DNA of 64,000 nucleotides, taken from NCBI RefSeq assembly GCF_006345805.1, contig NC_043015.1, positions 22,072,001 to 22,136,000 of the forward strand. Direction: 5' to 3'. This DNA comes from Octopus sinensis. Lineage: Eukaryota. The notes under the pieces were generated by a model, which saw nothing but the letters and a program-made list of their open reading frames with translations, did no database searches and had not been told where the DNA came from. Made by a program: the position numbers and the translations under genes. Shown one piece after another: positions 54,714 through 64,000 of this stretch (position 1 is the first letter of the stretch; each line of letters starts with the position of its first letter).

Positions 54714-54761
54714 AAAAACTCTCCGGTGAACGGCAACGTGAAACTCAGAGTAACAGGTTTT
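54714..54761 (+). ncRNA. Sister hammerhead motif, further mutated (CCGGUGA, helix I mismatch)
   Basis: ccggtga 54723-29, acg-gcaa-cgt, gaaactcagagta, acagg; two substitutions relative to the 53182 copy. Confidence 0.6.
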
Positions 54762-54868
54762 GTTGAATTTTCTGCTGCTTTAAATAAAGCATATTACTCT
54801 ACCACTGGTATTTGAGTACTCTTTTTTCCACCTTGTTTCACATTTATATGTTTACTCCGGTATATATA

Positions 54869-54924
<56 letters not shown>

Positions 54925-56489
54925 ATGTATGTATGTATGTATGTATGTATGTATGTATATCGCAATCTCCATATATTAGTTACTTCGTAATATGGATGTA
55001 TTGAATGAGAACGGAAATACATCAGAATTAGACATGAGAAAGTCCCTCTACAATAGATGTCTTGGGCATATAAAGACAGATTTATAAATTTTGCATTACT
55101 ACGGCGCTCTCATCTACATTAATTATGACACGGAGATATCCATTACGTAATAATGGTGCGGCTGTCACTAATGCCTGAGTTTTAGACATATACATATACA
55201 TAAACACATAGACATATTCATTGCTGCTTGGAATAGCGCATTTTGCTTTGCACCCTTAACATTCTATGAAATATATTAAGTGATTATAAATCCATACTGT
55301 GTACTATCTGTGTTAGCGATTTAATCATGTTTGGTAGTTTTCTCTCGCAGTGTAAGTTGTGACGTTTCGTATACGAATACTTCTGTATAAAAAATAGATT
55401 GCTATGCGGCATCGAGTCATGTACATAGGTGCATTGCTGTACGAAAGGTCGTGACTTTTAGTGCTGACTCTAAATCACTAAATTCTGTAGAAAATCTCTA
55501 GACATAACTTCACACACACACACACACACACACATACACACATACACATACATACACACACATGAGTGTGTGTGTGTGTGTTTGTTTGTGTGCGTGCGAG
55601 TGTGTGTGTTTGAGAGTGTTCGGGTGGATGGCTTTACATGTGTACGTGAAATTTTTCTCAAAATATCTTTTTCAATTATTGTTCGTTGAAACAATTTGTG
55701 TACACAACAAGTAAAGCAAAACCACTTAAATAACTTTGACACATGCATTGAAGGATAAAAATACCTTTTTGCATTAATTAATTGAGAATATAATTTGTCA
55801 ATAACCCCAGCAGGACCGTAGACTCAGAGAGGATGACAAGTAAAAGAGTGAACTAGTAAATGTTTTAAAGATTTTAATATATAAGTGAAAGCATACTTAT
55901 TCCTTAATTAAACGATTTTATTAGAACCATAGGAGATTTATTTGCTATGGGTTCATGCAAATTTTGCATGTAATACTGAAGGAATTTTGCCGGAGTAGGA
56001 TACAGAAAATAATGAAATGTGAAATAGGCGATGTTGCTTATGTACACTTAAAATAATCAAAATGAAATACCATACTTATTTACACATACTAATTGAGAGA
56101 GATAATTGCGTAAGTATTGACTCCTCTCCATTTATTCGTAATTATATAAAGAATTAGAAACAAGTTTTCATCACAGATATACAGCTTCTGTTTATTTAAA
56201 ATCGGAGTTAATTTGCAGTTTTATAGGAAATTATAAAAATCGTTAACAGAGTGGATTCAATGTAGAATAGAAATAGATTACATTGTACTATGTTAAATTA
56301 AATAAGAGCACATGGTTAAACAAAATTTTAATCAATTCCACATTCACTTTTAAAACTTGTTTATTCAATTATGTTTATCTATATATGCTGTGTCTCAACG
56401 GTCTAGGGTTTCGAATTACATTTATCGGCACCTAACACCATCGCTAGTCAGGGGTACCTGTATGCACATATAAACACAGTAGTTGTTGG

Positions 56490-56746
56490 GATATTTGGGT
56501 CACAAAAGTAAGTTCGTAAGTTCGATACCCAGCGGCGTCGTGTCTTTGAGCAAGACACTTTATTTCATGCTACTCCAGTTCACTCAGATTCCATGGATGA
56601 CTAGTATCTGTACTTGAAAGGACCAGTCTTTGTCACATTCTGTATCATAGTGAATCTTCCAGTGAACTACTAAGTTCTTAGTCACTCTGCTATATGGATC
56701 CTATCAGCTGGAACAAACGCCGTTGTAACCGACGGTGTGTCAGGGA
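56490..56746 (+). mobile_element. tRNA-derived SINE family C
   Basis: B-box gttcgatacc (56520-56529), core tttgagcaagacactttatttcatgctactccagttcactcag. Confidence 0.75.
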
Positions 56747-56759
56747 ATATATATAACTA

Positions 56760-57990
56760 CAGGGTGCGTTAGATATGTGACAACAGATTTATGTTAATAA
56801 AAACAGATATATAATAACTTTAATTATCAAGAAATGTTATAAGGACAAAAATAAAATTTCTTTTCTATTATGTTATTCAATAAACCACCTTCAGCTTCAA
56901 CAACTGCTTCTGTACGATATCTAAATTGTCCACATGCTCGAATCAAGTGGTCTTGGTTCATTTTCGAAATTATTCTGTTTATGGCAGGTTTCAAAGTATC
57001 TTTGGTGTTATGGGCGAGTTCACTGACCTCTGTCTCAAAAAGGCTCCACATGTAATAGTCCAATGGATTGAGAACTAGAGATTTAGGAGACCAAATGTTT
57101 GGGGGAGGGGGTGATCAGGAATAGTTTCAGCCATCAATTCCTGTGTTATACAGCCATGTGTAATAGTGCAGAGACTTACTGAAACACAGATGGCATTTCA
57201 TTGCTGACACTGTCTATCCAGGGCTTCAAAATTATTTCCAGGACCTCAAAATTATTTCCAGGACCTCTTTTGGAAATAATTATGGAGGTATCACGTGTCC
57301 TCCTTTGCTGACAACCTCTAAAACCATGACAGCTGCAGGAACTTTTGAATGCATAACACATGGAACTTCAGAAGGGTTTGCACATAACCTTTTGAAATTT
57401 ATTCTGTTAACATTTTGATCTTGATCGAAGTTATTCTCGTTTGAGAAAAACCAAAGAAAAGCTTCTGCTGGATTTTTCAGTTTGTTTAAGAGCCTTTTAG
57501 ATCTGAAGTAGTGATTTCCTTTTTGCCTTTTAGGACAAATTGAGCTTTTCTCATCATTTAAGATTTATATCGGATGTCATCATGGACAAAATTTCTGATT
57601 TTTCATCTGACACATGGAGAGTTTTGCAATTGACCTCATGGAGTTTCTGGGATAGTAATCAATGATCTGTTGAACTTCCTGGATAAAATCGGGTGTACCG
57701 ATGATTCCACAGTGTTTAGAATACATTTTATTTTTTGATACTGGTGATACATTTCCAACTTCAGTCCTTACAAAATTTGTAGACGAAAGATGTGGCCCCT
57801 TTTAAAAGTCGAGATATTTCTATATCGCTATACTCAGCCTTTATAACTACAATAACAGAAAGCCTCTTAATTTCTGGAGTACGTTGAGGGTCTGGCTTTA
57901 TCATTTTCTGAAACAAAGATTATATACAATTTGCAAAAACAGCTGCAATACCCCAAAAGATGTATGTCCTCAAATAGCTTACGCACCCTG
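56760..57990 (-). mobile_element. Tc1/mariner superfamily transposon relic (maT/DD37D-like by C-terminal sequence), both TIRs present
   Basis: TA|cagggtgcgt ... acgcaccctg|TA; minus strand WSPKSLVLNPLDYYMWSL..HNTKDTLK..RAC..EAEGG and KPWID..VFQ*; many stops. Confidence 0.85.
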
Positions 57991-58083
57991 TATATATATG
58001 TGTGCGTGTGTGTAAGTGCGCGTGTGTGTGTGATGTGTCTGTAGGTGTTTATCTCTCTGCCTATATTATATGTGAACATATAC

Positions 58084-58114
<31 letters not shown>

Positions 58115-59067
58115 AACATATATATATATATGTATATGTTTTATGTATTTACATTTACATATATATGAATATATACATGCACACGCAGACACGTATGCAC
58201 ATACATACATGCACACACTCGCACGCACGCACGATCACTTATATATGTAGTAGTAAGAATTATATGTCAAATAAGAACGAGTGAAATGATATGACAGCCG
58301 TTTATATTACCATTACAGTAATGATATCTTCAATTTTCTTCGAATGTTGAATTTTTTTAAAGCGCAGAACTTTAACTTGTACTAGTAAAACTAAATATGT
58401 CGATTATCACTTCAATTTTCTTCCGCAGTAAAGCTCCCAAATGCGACCGTTATACAAATCATATAGGATACGTTATTCCCAGTAAGCTATTTTAGTTGGT
58501 GCCATGCAATTGCTCTTGCATATTTAAGATTTAGGGATGGAGTAACATGTGATAAATATTTGGTAGTTGTTTTAGATAGGAACAAAGGAATGTAAAAAAT
58601 ACTAAAAATAGAAAAATACATACTTAAAATTGTAATTTATAGATAAGAAATGTTTGGGGCAAACGGTATAACGATATTAAACATATATTCAATGGTAGAT
58701 ATATTTTTGACACAATATGTACTTAGCATCAACTCGTCAGAGCAACATAAGCATTTGTTTGCAAAATTCATTGAAATTGGAAATATCTTTTCATATTTTA
58801 TGATTTCAAAAATTATTATCTTTGACAAGCGTATTTCAATGGCTTCTGAAGTACTTAGAATGCATGGTTTCTTACTTGGAGTAGGAAAGTTTTGCTTTTG
58901 CGAAAATAATTCATTTCACTAAATCACCGGTGTATGAAGATAGAATATTTGGTTCTTAATTCACATAAACCCTTGTGATAATGTCTCCTATTGTGTCTGG
59001 GGAGAGTTCACACACCGGTTAGATTTCTCCTGATTTACATATTTGTTCTTAAAATTTTCTTTACGTC

Positions 59068-59235
59068 TTGCAACAAAGAAAACTTGAGAAAAGAATCGAT
59101 AAGTAAATGAATGGAAATCGCACCGGTTCATGTGTTAAATAAGTCACTAAAAGAGAATGACTCTCACCAGACACTTCAAAATATACTTCAACACACGAAT
59201 TCACATAAAAAATCTTGCAAACCAGATACAAAAAC
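59068..59235 (+). repeat. Dispersed repeat, copy 1 (copy 2 at 63570-63737)
   Basis: Shared cactaaaagagaatgactct and cttcaacacacga blocks. Confidence 0.75.
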
Positions 59236-60014
59236 GAAATATGTGATAATGGATCACTCTCTTAATATTAATTCGCGGTTAATTCAACAGAGGCTTTATA
59301 ATAGGTAATTATTTGTGCCCAGCACGTATACGTGATTACATTTACAGGAACATGCATGCTACAAAATCATTTATATTACTTGCAGAAATTGCAGTGTTTG
59401 CATCGACTAATATACTTATGAAATTTCTATTTATCCGATTTGGTGCAGACACGGAATATAGTGTTATAGACCTTTCAATTACTGTTATGTCGTGTGTGAT
59501 GACGGGAAAATACATATAAAACAAACAAAATATCTTGTGTATTCGGTTTGCTAATTATTTCTAAAACTTTGGGGCGAAACTTTAGCACCTTACGTGTTTA
59601 ATGATCAGTAATTCTTAAATATTTATCAGCGAAACTGAAAGAAATGATTTAAAGAATTGGAAATATATGTCTAACAAACATCTCACCGATACTTTGTCAT
59701 ACGAAGAAACAATCAACAGCATAGTTTACTTTAACGTTATCAAGGACCACTATTGTATATTAAGTGTTAGTCCAGATTTTGTTAATGCAAGCCTCTAACA
59801 GAATAGGTAAATTTGAGGAAAAATGATAAAATCGGCCTAAATCTATTAATGTCCTTGATGGCAGGAAGAAGAAGCTGTTTCCTGACATCTAACTTCTCTG
59901 AATAATGGAAAAGCAATATTTTAATTGGTCTAACATGGCAATAAAATCAAAAACCGCGACCGATTACCTAATTCGTAAATATATATTGGTTACGTATTTT
60001 GGTACGGAGCCAAC

Positions 60015-60170
60015 AATTTTTGGAGAGGTGGTCGGTCGGTTATATCGGTTCCACAGCTCATCTGCTGCTTATGTTATTGACATCGAAATGATAAAAGGCA
60101 GAGTCAACCGCGGCTGGATTTGAAAATCAGAACGTAAAAAACAAGTGCCACCAAGCATTATGACCGGAAT
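60015..60170 (-). mobile_element. SINE family A, degraded
   Basis: gaaatgataaaaggcagagtcaaccgcggctggatttgaaaatcagaacgta. Confidence 0.65.
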
Positions 60171-61122
60171 TTGATAATAATTTAGCAACTAGGATTCTCG
60201 ACGAAACATGTATATAAAAGAATTCTAAGCCCCAATATTTTTGTCATACGAGAAGATGTTGTAAATTCTAACTAATGAGAAATTGGTAGGAATGTGTAAT
60301 TTTACATCAACAGAAAGACAGAAGAGCTTAGTTATATTTGATTATATATAACCAACGGTATAGTTGTTTAACCAGAATTCCAAATACGTCTTTAACCTTA
60401 GCAATCATTCTGTAATCTATCTTAGTAACGTTTTGTAGTTCAGTTGTTTCTCTGGTAGGACTTATATTAATGCGTTGTAAAATTATCGGAAAATTAATTT
60501 TGACATCAAATGATAGATATGAAACATGAAAATATGTGCTCATAGAGCTCATATCATTATCATCTATGTATGTGAGCGTGTCTGTATGTTTGCATGTATA
60601 TACGTCATGGTAGATGTATGAAAATAGGTTGTCTGGTAGTCTTGGTCGATAATTACATATATAGTGATACATCCATCCATATATACATATATGCATATAT
60701 ACATGCGTATATACGTATAAATGCATATACACACATATACTCGTATTTAAAACTGGAACGTGCAATTCATGCACACAATAATGTTTGGTGTTTCAATATA
60801 AATGAGAATTGTTCGAGAAGATTAACAGTTAAAGAAACAATAAGAATGGGGGCAAGATCTTACTTTTGTTGTCTATGTTCCTATACACATTTTAAGGAAG
60901 ATTGGCATTGATCCGATTTATACACTATTGCTCAATCCATTCAACGTAGCTCGATCCATATCATTAATAAAAGCGAAAGAAAATAGAGTTGGAAATCAAT
61001 CTAGGTTGGAACAATAGCTTATAAGCAATAGTTATTTGCTGATCATCTCAAAGAATCATGGCTGTTGGGATTGCATTCTCTTCCGATTCGATTCCTTATA
61101 TCATTTGTGCTTAAGCGCAGGA

Positions 61123-61174
<52 letters not shown>

Positions 61175-61263
61175 TGTGTGCGTGTGTGTGTGTGTGTGCG
61201 TGCGTGTATGTGTGTGTATGTACATATATACATATTTATACGCACAAATATATACATATATAT

Positions 61264-61299
<36 letters not shown>

Positions 61300-62199
61300 C
61301 ATATATGTATACATATATATATACATATATTTATATGAATTTATATCCACAAATATATGAATGTACATATATATACCAATGTATATATATATTTGTGTGG
61401 GTGGGGGTGATGTTTGTATGTTTAGTGATCTGTGTATCTTAAAGTGTGTGTAGACGTATGTATGTCTATTTCCCTTTGATTTGGTTATTGATTTATAGCC
61501 TGTGCACAGTATGAATATAATCTTTTGTATTAACGTTAACGACTCTGTATAGACGAGTACAAAAGAATATACACACGTTCAATCACAATAAAACGTCGTA
61601 TACTCACATACACAAGCACTACACACATAAACAAGTGCTCAGAAATATAGAAAACGTAATTATATTCAAATATATTCAAATACAAAGGAGTTTGTAGAAC
61701 ACTACATAAGTCATATGTTCACCAGTGTATTTGTTCTTCGCATTAAAAAAACTTACATACATATGTGTATATATTTATGTGTTTTAGAATTGTATTTATT
61801 TTTAAATATAATCATAACATTCCGTTCTTTGTAACAACTTTATACACGCTCCGATAAAGGCAGATATTCTGATGCGTGTCTGCACAGTGATATTATATTT
61901 GTAAGAATAGTTTACGATTTAGATCCATTTTATGGAGTTGAAGAAACCTTGTATGGAATATATGTATTTATGAGAATCGATTCAAAAGTAATATAAGAAT
62001 AGTATAGTGGATCGTGAAAGAATATTTAATAAACAGAATACCACGAGGATATTACTTTATTCAATAACAGTCGACCTTTTGTTTCTACGATGCAAAAACA
62101 TTTTCATGCGCATATAAACTTAGTCAAAGTCATGCATACACACATTTCCCTCTATGTATTTATAAATATAGAAAAATTTACATATGTTCATACACACAC

Positions 62200-62204
62200 G
62201 CTAA

Positions 62205-62275
<71 letters not shown>

Positions 62276-62384
62276 ATATATATATGTGTATTTATATGTA
62301 TTTATATATATGTATATATATATATATCTATATATATATATATATATATATGTATACATATTTACATAGATATAGATATATATA

Positions 62385-62436
<52 letters not shown>

Positions 62437-62511
62437 ACATATTTACATAGATATAGATATATATATACATATATATATATGTAGAAATTCACTCCGAGTA
62501 ACAGGTTTTAT

Positions 62512-62597
<86 letters not shown>

Positions 62598-62625
62598 GTG
62601 TGTGTGTGTATGTGTGTGTGCGTGT
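62200..62625. repeat. Long interrupted (TA)n array with an 81-bp internal duplication
   Basis: tgtatacatatttacatagatatagat at 62351 and 62432. Confidence 0.9.
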
Positions 62626-63026
62626 GTAAGAACTGCAGGAATTTGTACCCTCTTTCAGCAATTCTTTCTGCTTTACTATTTAATCATGAAGAGATGAAGA
62701 AAACTTTGAGCCCTTTCATGTTCCACTCTACCGAATTTCGCACAAGGGACAGAGAAAGAAAATGGGCTAAAACAGCTCACGTTTGGGAACTTTTATGGTG
62801 ATTTGTTAAGAGAAACCTGAAATAGAGCACATTGTTCCATGATATGGAGTAGAGGTCGAACCCACGCATGTATGATGATGAAGCTACAATTTATAAAGTG
62901 TAGAGCACACCTTTTCAAGATAATACACCCAGAAACACAAATACACGCAAACACATACACACATACACACACTCGCTTGTAGACACACACACGGGCGCGC
63001 AGACACACATAAATACTGATCCCCCC

Positions 63027-63071
<45 letters not shown>

Positions 63072-63569
63072 CGCATATACAACGGCTTTCTTCCACTTCT
63101 ACAAAATCCACTGTTTGTGTGGCTGTATGGGTTCGCATCTATGCGCTTTATATAGTTTTATTTTATCTGTCTGTTTCACATTTATCACAGGTGTGTGGCA
63201 GATATTTATATACTCTTATGAATATACACATATCAGTCTATTTCTCTATATATTTCTTATTTATATACACACACACCCAAACGCACACGCATGAAAGTTT
63301 ATGGACAACCATACGATGTCAACAACACAAATAACACGGTCAGCAGCAGCCGCAGTACCGACGATTGCATCAACAGCGACTACAATGATGGCAACATTGT
63401 GTGCGAACGCACATGCACTGAGAATTATAAGAACTATACCATTTTATTCTCAGGTCTTAGGACAGCAGCAGCACAATGGGGTGAGCGGATGGGGCTGAGG
63501 GGAAGACCACACTACTGCTAAAAATTATGACACGCACACAGAGACAACATCTATTGAAAGGGTTGCACG

Positions 63570-63733
63570 ATGCAAAGAAAATTTAGAAAAATAAAGAAGG
63601 AAATGAGTGGAAATTTTACCTGTGACTCTGTTAAATTATAAGCCACTAAAAGAGAATGACTCTACCAAGACAAAACAGAATATGCTTCAACACACGAGCA
63701 TACATAAAGAATCTTGAAGAACAAATCCAGAGA

Positions 63734-63737
<4 letters not shown>
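63570..63737 (+). repeat. Dispersed repeat, copy 2
   Basis: See 59068-59235. Confidence 0.75.
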
Positions 63738-63802
<65 letters not shown>

Positions 63803-63805
<3 letters not shown>

Positions 63806-64000
63806 GGGCTGGACAAAATAATGGAAACATCTAGCATCATAGCATCATAATTTTGAAATATCTATAAACCGCCAAAAGCTTGTCTATTTTTAGGTTTCTT
63901 GATTTATTATTAGTATTGCTTAAAGTTTTGCTAAAATTTCTGTTTCTTTTCAGATATCATCAGAAAAATGTAATTAAAATTCATTAAAGCCACAGATCTA
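63803..64000 (+). mobile_element. Left end of a Tc1-like element inserted in (TA)n; cut by window edge
   Basis: TA|caggggctggacaaaataatggaaaca resembles Tc1-family TIRs; partner TIR is outside the window. Confidence 0.6.

Larger units (their letters stand above)
53154..54860 (+). mobile_element. Penelope-like element remnant: inverted partial pLTR, GIY-YIG C-terminus, pLTR
   Basis: Inverted arms 53154-53324 and 54612-54789; + strand ITRAVPY..KCNLCLLEKLYIL..LNQRSELMNSCRHETKF (ORF 53301..53507); both ends abut (TA)n. Confidence 0.8.

Noticed and set aside
63945-63970. Minus-strand CTGATGAtatctGAAA
   Set aside because: Too short to form stem II; lies within a Tc1-like end.

Overview
Eukaryotic, AT-rich, repeat-dominated window with very dense (TA)n, (CA)n, (GATA)n, (TATG)n and (ATT)n microsatellites. 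The repeat complement looks to me like an octopod cephalopod genome; that is inference, not database-verified. I find no supportable host protein-coding gene. All convincing coding sequence is decayed transposable element: two RTE-clade LINEs, five fragments of restriction-like-endonuclease (R4/Dong-type) LINEs, three Penelope-like (PLE) GIY-YIG fragments, Tc1/mariner relics and a MITE, a non-autonomous Helitron, and three tRNA-derived SINE families. The most interesting signal is a set of hammerhead-ribozyme (HHR) motifs, mostly PLE-associated, from several unrelated repeat families. They have minimal palindromic helix III and cores that are often non-canonical (CUGUUGA, CCGAUGA, UUGAUAA). 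One family forms a 369-bp tandem dimer resembling a non-LTR retrozyme. Folds were derived by eye and none is experimentally confirmed. Boundaries of degraded repeats are approximate.
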